Assembly (NCBI GenBank): GCA_965223265.1
Contig: OZ244999.1
Location: 6,016,001 to 6,080,000, forward strand
DNA: 64,000 bases
Direction of reading: 5' to 3'
From: Planctomycetota bacterium
Lineage (GTDB): Bacteria; Planctomycetota; UBA8108; SXIK01
Positions 32,124 to 42,199 of the stretch are shown here, piece by piece. The notes beneath the pieces are model-generated. The model was not told the DNA's origin, did no database searches, and saw nothing but the letters and a program-made list of their open reading frames with translations. The number at the start of each line of letters is the position of its first letter. Position 1 is the stretch's first letter. The translations under genes were made by a program, and so were the position numbers.

Positions 32124-32556
32124 CGATGAGCAAATGAGAAGAATCCTTCGCGACGGGTATGCTGAAAACATCAAGTCGCCAGACCCGCACGAACTCGCAA
32201 AAAGTATCATCGCCCGAGATAGACGAAACATCAGATGGCTCACAATTCTAACGACGCTACTGTGGATTCTGTCTCCGACTGGGATCATCTTCAGAGCTTA
32301 TTCTTTATTTCAACAGTATCTTGGAAACGTGATGCCGATGCCGAGCGGCATGGATCCTCCAATGAGGCAGTTGATTGACTCTATGTGGCGTCGTGTGCAG
32401 ATCAGCGAGATCACTCTTCTTTTAGCAGCTCTCTCGACGATGCTCCTGATCTACGTTTCGCGACGGGCGACGCTGAGAAACGTTAATGCGAGCTTAATCA
32501 TGATCTCGGATCAGTTGACGCAACTTAGGGAAACCCATACGCCGGAATCGAAGTGA
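32116..32556 (+). CDS. Putative membrane anti-sigma factor
   Basis: Overlaps ECF stop; two TM helices. Function inferred from position only. Confidence 0.6.
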   Translation: MSSDEQMRRILRDGYAENIKSPDPHELAKSIIARDRRNIRWLTILTTLLWILSPTGIIFRAYSLFQQYLGNVMPMPSGMDPPMRQLIDSMWRRVQISEITLLLAALSTMLLIYVSRRATLRNVNASLIMISDQLTQLRETHTPESK

Positions 32557-32791
32557 GCCCCGCATCGACGAAATCTCGATCAAGCTCTCGGCCTCAACTG
32601 CCGCGACGACACGATGCCGATGAGGAGGTTGGTCTTGTGTAGATCTGTCGGTGCTATCGAATCGAGGGATCGCCAGGAACAACCGCAGGTACGTGCGAGA
32701 TCTGCTCGCGCACCCGAGCTCGTGGTACAATCTGAACGTCTGCACGCCCCCAAATGAGAAGTCAGGTCACGCTTTTGAGTTGAGGCCCGCG

Positions 32792-33565
32792 ATGGGAGAA
32801 ACCGCCCGGATCGAAGATGACCTTGTTCCTCCCGACAACCCGTCGGAGTCGCTCTGTTGGCGGGCTCAGTGCGCCTTGAACTGGTCCCACCTCGAGGAGG
32901 CTCGCTCTCTGGGTCAGCAGGCGTTCGCACAACTCTCTGCGGACGGCTGCGATCGGAGCGACTCGGTTCATGCACTGCACCACCTACTCGGGCGTGTTGA
33001 CCTCAAGAGCGACGACGTAGCCGCGGCCAAAGAGCATCTGTCAGCGAGCGCACACGTGGAGCGGACGCCCATTCTCTCGTCCTTCGGACCTAGCATGGCG
33101 CTCGCCCATGCCCTTCTCGTTCTCGGCGAGCGCGATGCAGTGCTTAAATACCTCGACGCCTGTCGTCTGTTCTGGCAGCCTGGAACGTCTCTTCTCGATG
33201 GGTGGTCGCGCCAGGTTCGCGAGGGTGAGATTCCGGATTTCGGCTTCCACCTTCGAAACTCACCCTTCCACGGTCCTGCTTGTTGGGAAGTGCGCCGATC
33301 CGTCGAACCCCTCGGCCGCGCCTACCTCGAGACGCGAGAAGGCGCTTGGTTCGTCTGCTCGTTTGAGCGAGCAGCCAACGTCGCGGACCTGCCCGATCCA
33401 CTCCACTACAACTTTCGTGAAGTCCCCGCAGACACCTCGGAGCTTGAGGACGCCTATCAGCGCCTGCAAGAGCTTCAACTGACTCTTCACCCCGGGGACG
33501 GTGAGCAACCCGTAACCGATGCGGTGATTCAGATTGAAGGTGACAGCGCTTGCTTTCGCTACTGA
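32792..33565 (+). CDS. Hypothetical TPR-like protein
   Basis: Helical repeat segment LGRV.L..DDV.AAKEHL..SFGPSMALAHALL..GERDAVL.YL..C..FW. Confidence 0.6.
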   Translation: MGETARIEDDLVPPDNPSESLCWRAQCALNWSHLEEARSLGQQAFAQLSADGCDRSDSVHALHHLLGRVDLKSDDVAAAKEHLSASAHVERTPILSSFGPSMALAHALLVLGERDAVLKYLDACRLFWQPGTSLLDGWSRQVREGEIPDFGFHLRNSPFHGPACWEVRRSVEPLGRAYLETREGAWFVCSFERAANVADLPDPLHYNFREVPADTSELEDAYQRLQELQLTLHPGDGEQPVTDAVIQIEGDSACFRY

Positions 33566-33644
33566 CGAGTCTAGATGTGACAGGGAGCGACGGCGACGGT
33601 AGGAGTTGACTCAGCAGGACAAAAACAAAGACAATCTCCGGTAT

Positions 33645-34025
33645 ATGAAACTCCTGATTGCAGTTGCGATTGTCAAAGCGCTGACAATTTCGGTAGCGCT
33701 CCGTGCAGACCTCGAGCAGGACGCGGTCGACAGCGCTAGTTTTCGAGTCGGTCGTAATGGGTTGCCGCTCTTGATCCCGGTGTACATCGGCAAGCATAAG
33801 AGAGAGTTCTTGCTTGATACCGGAACTTTCTTACACGTTTTCGACAAGCGGTTTCGCGACACACTGGGCGCTCCTGTACGTACGTCGGTCGTAAGCACTC
33901 CGGGCGGAGATGTTGCGACCGAAATGTTCACCAGTCCACCCATGCGCCTGGGAAAGTGGGACTTGCCCGGTGAAGAACTCGTCGCGGTTGCGGATCTATC
34001 GTCGTTTTATCAATACTTCGGGCGT
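33645..34025 (+). pseudogene. Truncated secreted retropepsin-like aspartyl protease
   Basis: Signal peptide and FLLDTGT motif; ORF runs on in frame into unrelated DUF927-like sequence near 34025. Confidence 0.65.
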
Positions 34026-35712
34026 GCGAACTTTGTCGCCACGATCGTTCGCGACATTGAAATCGATGATGGTGCCCAGCCGCGACGCGAGTTCGAACTG
34101 AGCGCGCGCCTCGGGAGTGAAGAGCGCAGGTTCACCGTGCCAGTGGCGCGCTTTCGCAGCCTCGACTGGGCGAGCGAGCACCTCGGAGCCAAGGCGATCA
34201 TCTATCCTGGCGAAGGCAAGCGCGATCACACGCGCTGCGCCGTGCAGACATTGAGTGAAGAGGTGGAAGCTGGAGCTCGAAAGCGCACTTGAAAACTACT
34301 CGCTCCCCGGCCCGCCAAGTGGCGCGGAGTTGACCGCGTGCGTGCGCGCGAGCATCTCATTCCTCGACGTCGCACCGCGCCGCGTCACGCTGCCGCTCCT
34401 TGCGGCAACGTACCGGGCCGTTCTCGGCGACGTGCGCGTGAGCCTTCACCTCGCCGGGCAGAGCGGCGCGGGCAAGACGGAGCTGGCGGCAGTAGCGCAG
34501 CAACATTTCGGCGCCGCCATGGATGCGTCGAGCCTGCCGGGGAGCTGGTCGAGCACGGCGAACTCACTCGAGCGCGTCGCGTTCACGGCAAAGGACGCGC
34601 TCCTCGTCGTCGACGACTTTTGTCCGATCGGCAGTCATCAGGACATCACGCGGCTGCACGGCAGTGCGGACCGGCTCTTCAGAGCGCAGGGGAATCGCTC
34701 GGGCAGGCAGCGACTGCGCGCCGATGGTGAAGTCATTCGGGCGCGGCCGCCGCGCGGACTGATCGTCTCGACCGGTGAGGACATACCGCGCGGCGAGAGT
34801 CTCCGTGCGCGCATGGTCATCGTCGAGATCGGGCGAGGCGACGTTGACTGGAGGGCGCTCACAGAAGCCCAAGGCGCCGCGCGCAGCGGAGAGCTTGCTG
34901 GTTCGATGGCTGCGTTCATTTCCTGGCTCGCGCCGCAGCGAGACGAGATGCGAGACGTGCTCGAGCGAGAGGTCGTGCGGCTACGCGCCGAGCTGGCGGA
35001 GAGCCCGCGAGCGCACAAGCGATCGCTCGGCAACTTTGCGAGCCTCCTCGCCGGTTGGAACATCTTTCTTTGGTTCGCGGTCGGTGCCGATGCCATCGAC
35101 GGCAATGCTGCGACGAAGCTCGGGGACGAGGCGAAGAACGTCTTCCTGGAGCTCGGCCGCGAGCAGACCGAGCACGAGCGTGCAGAGGATGCGACGGAGC
35201 GCTTCTTCGCACTCCTCGGCGCGGCGATCGCCGCAGGCCAAGCGCACGTCGCCTCGGTCGACGGCACCCCACCGGACGACCCGCTCGCCTGGGGCTGGCG
35301 AAGCGCGGCCGGGGACGACCAGCGCGCACCGCTCTGGCAACCACAAGGCGATCGCATCGGTTGGCTGGGATCGGAGGGCGACCTGCTGCTCCAGCCAGAG
35401 GCGGCGTACTCCATGGTGCAAAAGCTCGCCACAACGGTTGGCGGCGCGGTCGGGGTCGGCCTGCGAACGCTCCAGCGCCGGCTGGAGGAGAGAGGGCTCC
35501 TCCGAAGGGTCGACGCCGGCCGCACCACGGTGCGGGTGACGCTGCAGGGGGTGAAGCGGCGGGTATTGTGTGTGGCGTGTGAGATGGTTGGTGGGGGGCG
35601 TGGTGGTGGCGACTACGACCGTGGCTCGCAACGCAGCGATGGTACGGAATTCAATGATCGAGTCCGCGACCCGAGAGTGGCACGTCATCGGGGGTCAGAG
35701 TATTCGTCGTGA
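34026..35712 (+). pseudogene. DUF927-type primase/helicase remnant of a mobile element
   Basis: ANFVATIVRD..DDGAQ..WASEHLGAKAIIYPG in one frame, shift near 34265 into P-loop region GQSGAGKTE, LLVVDDF, STGEDIP..SLRAR; no own start codon. Confidence 0.7.
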
Positions 35713-35781
35713 TCGTGATGGCTGAGGATCACACAGCGAAACGCCGATCGATCGGTCTTGCTAGCCACAGCACACTGGAGA

Positions 35782-37113
35782 TCACTCCTCCGAGTCCCAC
35801 CTCGCCATTACGGAAAATCGAGAGAGACCGGGGGGAACTTGGATGGATACGGTGGTTGTTGAGAGTTGCAAGTCTCCAACGAGCGGAGAAGAGACGGCAA
35901 GGTGGGTCGGACCGTCATCGGAGAACATCTTCAGCTGGACCATCGCACCAATCGGAATGCCCTGCGCTTCGATCTCGATAGTCACTTCACCACTCTCATC
36001 TATCACTACATCGGGCTGCTGGAAGTCACCAATTGGGTTCATGGGAACCTCGGCCGACGAAACTCGAACAACGCGAATCGACCGGGGCGGTGTAAAAAGA
36101 AACCCAGGGATAGACGAGACCGATGGCAAGGGTTGCGAAGTCCCTCGGAAGTCGTTTTGAGATGTTTCGATTCGTATGCGACCAGCTGCTGGAAAGCCGG
36201 TCGAAGTAGCAGGGCCGATGGCGAGTAGGGATCCAGCCCCTAAGATCGTTGGTGCTCTCAGACGAATGCTTCCTCCACTCCCATGAAATCCTCTGCCCTG
36301 GGATGCACTATGCACGCCACCTTGTACATCGATCGTCCCATCTAGTGCTATCGATTCCGAGCTAGCGATCATAATTGCCCCACCCCCGGCTCCACCGCCG
36401 CTGGAGGTGTCCCCAGTTCCTCCCCCACTGCCCGAACCACCAAAGAGAGGGAGGAGGAAACGATTCCCGTAGGTAAAGCCGCCGATACGGGTGCCGTCCT
36501 CCGACAGATTCGGAGAGCCGTTGCCGGGCTCGCTATGGCCGCCACCACCAGCCGTGAATGTCGTGAAGGTATCAGGTGCACCTCCACCCGGCCCATATCC
36601 TGCCTCGCCCACCGGATTAAACGGCGAGCCGCCGATACCGCCGCTGTAACCGCCAGCGCCGGCAACGGCCGGGTGACGAGGAAGCTGCCCCGAACCGTGA
36701 CCTGGATCTCCGCCAAGATCCAACAACCCGTCAATGACAACCGGCCCTGTGACTAACCACACGACGGGTTTGGTGTTAAGTGGTATCTCCTTAAGCCTGA
36801 CCGTTACTCCCTCCCCAATTTGAATCTCGGTGAAGTGGTAGACCCCGTCTCCATCCTGATCGAGCACCGCCTTCCCATTGTTTCCGTCCGGATCAAACGT
36901 ACTCGGATCCATCGGGTCGAAAAGGTAGCCCTTCGGATCGGGACTCGGACTTGTTATGACGAGTCGTCCATCCGAACCGTCGGATTGGCTGTCGAAACTG
37001 GGAAAGTTTCTATCATCCACGACCTGAGCCTGGAACACGGATCCGAAAAAGAACATAGCGACGATGAACCCCAGGAGCAGACCAACCCTCTTTAGCTGTG
37101 ACGGGATCATCAT
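35782..37113 (-). CDS. Secreted glycine-rich hypothetical protein
   Basis: GAGGAG RBS, signal peptide, GGSGSGGG/GGGAGGGAI/GSGGSIRL motifs, C-terminal beta domain; starts just after upstream stop. Confidence 0.8.
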   Translation of the reverse strand: MMIPSQLKRVGLLLGFIVAMFFFGSVFQAQVVDDRNFPSFDSQSDGSDGRLVITSPSPDPKGYLFDPMDPSTFDPDGNNGKAVLDQDGDGVYHFTEIQIGEGVTVRLKEIPLNTKPVVWLVTGPVVIDGLLDLGGDPGHGSGQLPRHPAVAGAGGYSGGIGGSPFNPVGEAGYGPGGGAPDTFTTFTAGGGGHSEPGNGSPNLSEDGTRIGGFTYGNRFLLPLFGGSGSGGGTGDTSSGGGAGGGAIMIASSESIALDGTIDVQGGVHSASQGRGFHGSGGSIRLRAPTILGAGSLLAIGPATSTGFPAAGRIRIETSQNDFRGTSQPLPSVSSIPGFLFTPPRSIRVVRVSSAEVPMNPIGDFQQPDVVIDESGEVTIEIEAQGIPIGAMVQLKMFSDDGPTHLAVSSPLVGDLQLSTTTVSIQVPPGLSRFSVMARWDSEE

Positions 37114-37114
37114 G

Positions 37115-40100
37115 TTATTCGTTCTCCTCAGTGGCCATCGCAGGAGGACTCGCGAGGTTTTCCACACTGAAATTTGGACCGACTGCTATACCGACGCCTT
37201 TGGACGGGTCTGTCGCATTGAAAATCGTAAAGTTTTTCCCAACAGCTACCCCTACATTCAAACTCGGAGGAAGGCTTGCCGGATCGGTAGGGCTTGAGCC
37301 ATCGACAACCTCTTCTCCATCGTTGAAGTTGTCACCATCTGTATCAGGATTGAAGGGGTCGGTGCTTTCTCCAAACTCGGCGCCGTCTAGCAGGCCATCG
37401 TTGTCGAAATCATCATCGTTGATAGCGGTGCCAATGACGAACTCCTCGAAGTTGGTCAAGCCGTCTGCATCTTGATCCTCTTCCCCGTCAAGTAATCCGT
37501 CCCCATCCGAGTCCACGCTATTCGGATTCAATCCGTTAGCTGTTTCCACGTCGTCAGGGAGTCCGTCGCCATCGGAATCGGTCTGGGCGATCCGAACCGT
37601 AGTAAGGCCAGCATTCGTTAGGCCACCTGGTACGGCTTCGATTCCCGCTACGGAACCTGTCAGGACCGAGCCACCTTGATTGAGGCGAGCCACCAAGGAC
37701 AGTTCACGGTCCACGAAGGCGGCCACACCAGCAATCTCGAATGAGCCATCAAGCCCGGTAGTGCGTGAGATGGGTTGTCCCACGACGGACACCTGAGCCC
37801 CAAAGACCGGAGTCCCATCCTCCAACTGGACGGTTCCCGTCACGGTGGTCAGTTCTGTCCCCTCAGGAACTACGAGCATCCTCGTGATGGACGTAATGCC
37901 CTCAACGATGGCTGTCACATAGGCGATGCCGGGGCCGTTCGCCGTAAGAATTCCCGAGCGGTCGACGGTGGCGACCGTGGAATTGCTCGTCTGGTAGGTC
38001 ACGCACTCGTTTGAGTCGTGGAGGTTGACGTGGGATTGATCGGAGAGCGTTCCATCCAGGAGCATCTGGGTTTGCTGACTTGTCTCGTTGAGGACAGGTG
38101 TATCCGCACTGAGCGCCGTCTCTTCTACGATGACCGGCGGTGCTGGACTGATTGCTAGGGAGCGAATTATGTAGTTCACGTCCTGCTCGACTCGGAAGCA
38201 CTCGCTGGTGGCGTAGAGCGTTTCACCAAGGCTGCTGACGCCAGTTATACGAACAAACTCGTCGCTGAAACCGTCTGGATCAGTGTCCTGCCCATTCGAA
38301 CCGAAACGATCGACGACCGGAATGTTCCGAACGACGAAACCTCCGCTCTCGTCCGCAATGGTCGTCTGACCTCCAACAGCCATGAGGAAACCTCTGAATT
38401 GGGGTCTTGCCACGTCTTCGATCAGAGTCGCCAGACTTTCGTTCAATTCCATCGTTTCCTCGCCCTCGATCTCAGTGATCAAGCTTCGGAGCTCCGAATT
38501 GTCACGAAGTTCTTGGAGTTCCCGGTTGAGTTTGTCGAAAAGCGCATCGATTTCGCTCAGGTTGCCACCAGCGACAGCGGGAGCTACTGGTGAGCCGAGG
38601 TTTAGCGCATCCCGAATTGCTTCAATAGTGCCGCAGGCAACGAAACCTACTGCTGCCTTGACCGTGGCTTTATCAAAGACGTCCAATAGTCTGTTGGCGT
38701 GGTTAGTCAAGAGTTGAACAACCCGGAGTGCGAAGCCAAGGCCTCGTGGCAAGCAACCCGTGTCCGAGGCGATTTGAATCGCAGTCGATAGCCCGCTCAG
38801 CACCGCCTGCGCCACGTTTGCCGCTTGCTTCGCTTTGTTGGCGACGTTCTCAAGGCAGCCCACGCACGAAATCACCGCAGACTTGGCACTATTAATGCAA
38901 GACAAGATTTCGGCGACTTCTGCACTGGACAATCCGTCGGCTCGATTCGACTGAAGCGCTGCCTGACAGTCCGTAATGGTGCTCCACACGTCATCTATGC
39001 ACGCAAAGCAGTCTCGGAGGTTGGCCGCAATCTGCAAAGCGTTCGTCAGAACACCAAGCGCTGCTCTTGCGAGTTGCAAGAGATCGATTCGCTGGCAGTC
39101 GGAAGCTCCACCACTCGGCGGCGGGGGCGCAGGACAGCCCCCCCATCCTGCTTTGGTGATCCCCTGCCCCGAATCACTGACGATCAAGGCTCCGTCCTCT
39201 ATCACATGGCTCGTCGCCACGATCTCGAACTGATTCGTGTCGTGATCGAAGGACAGAAATGACCCGACCGCCCCCGGCTTCTCCCCCAGCATGTTCGGGA
39301 TCTCGATCGAAACCGGAGGATCAAAGTGTGCACCGGCCGGTTGAAGGGTCCAGGCGAACACCGGCTTCACTCCATTTGGCATCGGCATCGGGATATCGTC
39401 GAAGTGAACCTGGTTCAGAAAGATGGGCTCACCATCCGGGGCTACGATTCCATTAGCCAACCGCATCGACCCAGCCTTCACTGTCAGCTTGAGCCCTTCC
39501 ATTCCCTCGACTTCAAGCACCGTGTCTCTGGTCGCGCTGTAGGAACGACGGTTTGCAGGATTGAGAGGAGGAAGAAGAACAGGAGTCGGCAGAGAGTTCT
39601 CCGTGTTAGGAACCACGGTCACTTCATAGGCCAAGTCGGGGAAGCTCCCCGATTCCACGTCGTATCCGCCGTCTCCACCAACATGGTTGGCCAGCAGTCC
39701 GTTGACACTGAGGTGAGCCGCCCCAGAACCCATCACGTTCTCAAGGCGGAACTGGCCGTTCCTGGCCGAAATATCTTCTGCGGACTCTTCGCCCGGAATC
39801 TCCAGCGTGACGATCGCTCCCTCAATGGGCTGCATCGAGTTGTTCAAGACAACGCCGACAAACGTAGTGGGTGAGTCCGACTGCCTTGCTATCCCCGAGA
39901 GCACAAACGTCGCGGGCAATCGCTCGCTCCCCTCGATCGACGCTTCAACGACGTTGCTTCCCGGTTCCGTCCCGAGCGCGAAAATCGCTTCAGCGTGCCC
40001 AGTCGGCCCCGACACTACCGAGGTTGTTTGCTCGCCCGCAAAGCTACCGCCCCCAAGCGTGGCGGTGAACGTGACCTCGACTCCTGCCACGCCGTTCTTT

Positions 40101-41467
40101 CCATCATGCACCCAGACCCGGAGTGCCTCCGGGGTCACTGAGCCGACCTCGGCCTTCTGATTGTTCCCTGAGCCCACGCTGACTTGGATGGCTGGAGCGG
40201 CCGTGGCCGTGGCACAGAAGAAGACCGGAACCTGGACACCGTCCGCACTCACCTCAACCCGGTTGTTTCCACACCCGGCGTCCGATCCGAGCGTATAAAA
40301 GACGCTGGCTTGGCCCGTTGCATCGGTCGTTGCTTCGATCTGCCGTGTACCCTCTCCGTCCTGAGCCGTGGAGAGAATGCCCTCACTACGCTTGACCCGA
40401 AAAGTGACGCCTGAGTCGGCAATGGGCGTACCGTCTTCCTGGACAAGCCGGATCACCAGGGGATCGGCAAGCGTGCTTTGCACCTGGCCACTCTGATTGT
40501 TCCCCGAAACAATTTCCAACCGTGGCCCTGTCGCTTCGATCCGGATAACTGTGATGGTCTTGGTCGTTTCGTTGCCCACCTCGTCAGTCGCAATAACGGT
40601 GATTTCATTCACGCCACCATTGTCGAGCGTCAAAGGCACGTCCGCCCGCTCAAACGTCCCGTTGGTTCCGATGCCGATGTCCACGTTGGCAGCCTGGCCG
40701 TTGACGGTCACGTCGAGCCCCATGAATCCGCTCAGCATGTCGCTGACGCGTCCGACCACCGTCACCTCGGAAAACGGGAGCTGCGAGCCCTGTGCAGGGA
40801 AGTCGATGAAGACGGACGGAGCCTGCCCATCCTGCGTGACCTGCGCCGTCGCCGGGGCGCTTCTCACGCCGTCGAACGTCACCGCCGTCACGAACAGTCG
40901 ATTCAGTCGGTTCTCGTGAAGTGGTACAGTCAGAGAGTACGATCCATCCGCGGCGTCACCGCGAACGATCCGGTCTCCCGTCACCAGTTCGATCGACGTC
41001 CCCGGCTCTGCCGTACCTGAGACCTCGACGGCGTCGTCCCGCGTCACTCGCTCGAGCGGCAGAATCGTCGGCGACGGCGGCGGGACGGATGGGCACACGA
41101 CAAAGCGTACGCACTCCAGCTCGTCCGCGGTCGGATCGGTTCCGCACACCTGAAACGGCGCCGGAGGAGCGCCACCACTGGCGAACAGATACGAAAGTGA
41201 ATGAATCGGGTCGGAGATGTCGAGCTCGCCGTCGTCGTTTGAGTCTGCTGCGTCCCGGCACTCCGGCGCGGCCGAGCCAGCCACAAACAGAAAACTCAAC
41301 GTGAAGATCGGGTCACTGATGTCGAAATCTGCGTCGACATTCGAGTCGCCGCGCTTGAAGTTCGACTGCGCCCAAACCGGCTGCAAACAAGCGACGAACG
41401 ACCCAAGAGAGATCCACAAGGCGGCGTAACTCGCCGCCGACCATCGCGTACGTTCCATCGATTTCAT
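37115..41467 (-). CDS. Large secreted multidomain protein (dockerin-like, Ig/Big domains, Cys-rich helical domain, Ca-binding repeats); partial paralogue of 24997-30306
   Basis: FKRGDSNVDAD dockerin, SGNNQ Big_1-like and TSNSTVATVD Big_2-like domains, five DxDGD-type repeats; start placed at MKSMER. Confidence 0.85.
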   Translation of the reverse strand: MKSMERTRWSAASYAALWISLGSFVACLQPVWAQSNFKRGDSNVDADFDISDPIFTLSFLFVAGSAAPECRDAADSNDDGELDISDPIHSLSYLFASGGAPPAPFQVCGTDPTADELECVRFVVCPSVPPPSPTILPLERVTRDDAVEVSGTAEPGTSIELVTGDRIVRGDAADGSYSLTVPLHENRLNRLFVTAVTFDGVRSAPATAQVTQDGQAPSVFIDFPAQGSQLPFSEVTVVGRVSDMLSGFMGLDVTVNGQAANVDIGIGTNGTFERADVPLTLDNGGVNEITVIATDEVGNETTKTITVIRIEATGPRLEIVSGNNQSGQVQSTLADPLVIRLVQEDGTPIADSGVTFRVKRSEGILSTAQDGEGTRQIEATTDATGQASVFYTLGSDAGCGNNRVEVSADGVQVPVFFCATATAAPAIQVSVGSGNNQKAEVGSVTPEALRVWVHDGKNGVAGVEVTFTATLGGGSFAGEQTTSVVSGPTGHAEAIFALGTEPGSNVVEASIEGSERLPATFVLSGIARQSDSPTTFVGVVLNNSMQPIEGAIVTLEIPGEESAEDISARNGQFRLENVMGSGAAHLSVNGLLANHVGGDGGYDVESGSFPDLAYEVTVVPNTENSLPTPVLLPPLNPANRRSYSATRDTVLEVEGMEGLKLTVKAGSMRLANGIVAPDGEPIFLNQVHFDDIPMPMPNGVKPVFAWTLQPAGAHFDPPVSIEIPNMLGEKPGAVGSFLSFDHDTNQFEIVATSHVIEDGALIVSDSGQGITKAGWGGCPAPPPPSGGASDCQRIDLLQLARAALGVLTNALQIAANLRDCFACIDDVWSTITDCQAALQSNRADGLSSAEVAEILSCINSAKSAVISCVGCLENVANKAKQAANVAQAVLSGLSTAIQIASDTGCLPRGLGFALRVVQLLTNHANRLLDVFDKATVKAAVGFVACGTIEAIRDALNLGSPVAPAVAGGNLSEIDALFDKLNRELQELRDNSELRSLITEIEGEETMELNESLATLIEDVARPQFRGFLMAVGGQTTIADESGGFVVRNIPVVDRFGSNGQDTDPDGFSDEFVRITGVSSLGETLYATSECFRVEQDVNYIIRSLAISPAPPVIVEETALSADTPVLNETSQQTQMLLDGTLSDQSHVNLHDSNECVTYQTSNSTVATVDRSGILTANGPGIAYVTAIVEGITSITRMLVVPEGTELTTVTGTVQLEDGTPVFGAQVSVVGQPISRTTGLDGSFEIAGVAAFVDRELSLVARLNQGGSVLTGSVAGIEAVPGGLTNAGLTTVRIAQTDSDGDGLPDDVETANGLNPNSVDSDGDGLLDGEEDQDADGLTNFEEFVIGTAINDDDFDNDGLLDGAEFGESTDPFNPDTDGDNFNDGEEVVDGSSPTDPASLPPSLNVGVAVGKNFTIFNATDPSKGVGIAVGPNFSVENLASPPAMATEENE

Positions 41468-41617
41468 CCCACCCAAACCGAACGAAAAGAACCCGCGTAG
41501 AACGCGCTCCCACACACGCCCCGCAGTGGAGTAAGATGCTCCACTACCGAGTAAGGCGTAAGAACCGCTCCTCACCCTTAACAAAAAATCGAGAGATCGG
41601 CGGGGCAAGGTTGATCA

Positions 41618-42199
41618 ATGGCCGTCGACGACCATGATCTGGTCACACGCATACGACGTTCGCTGGCCCAACTCGCTTGGGCTGAGGGCTCTACACCGAC
41701 GAACGCCGTCTTCGAAGCGCTCTATAACGACCTGCGGCAACTCGCGCGTTCGATGCTTGCGGCAGAGTTTCGTCCAACGATCGACTCCTGCGAGCTCGTG
41801 CACGAAGTGTTCCTGCGCGTCAAAGGAAAATCCTCTGGACGCGGCCCAGAGGAACTTCTACGTTACGTGGCGCGGGCCATGCGGCACTTTCTCGTCGACC
41901 GCGCACGATACTGCAAGGCGCAAAAGCGTGAGCACATCGAAGAACGAACGGCACTCTCCGGAATCGGCGAGCGCCACGGCTACTCCGCTGACGAGCTCAT
42001 CGACCTGGATGCTGCGCTCACCACGCTGGGAGATGAGAACGAACGCCAGCTCTCGGTCGTCGAACTTCGCTTCTTCGCGGGACTGACCATGGAAGAAATC
42101 GCAAAGTGCCTCGACGTCTCACTCGGAACTATCGAGCGCGATAACCGCCTCGCCAAAGCGAAACTCTCGCGTCTCCTGGCCTCATACGATGCCGATTGA
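41618..42199 (+). CDS. ECF sigma factor, kinase-associated (ECF43/TIGR02999-like)
   Basis: LYNDLRQLAR, LVHEVFLR, AMRHFLVDRAR..KAQKR, VELRFFAGLTMEEIA..TIERD. Confidence 0.9.
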   Translation: MAVDDHDLVTRIRRSLAQLAWAEGSTPTNAVFEALYNDLRQLARSMLAAEFRPTIDSCELVHEVFLRVKGKSSGRGPEELLRYVARAMRHFLVDRARYCKAQKREHIEERTALSGIGERHGYSADELIDLDAALTTLGDENERQLSVVELRFFAGLTMEEIAKCLDVSLGTIERDNRLAKAKLSRLLASYDAD

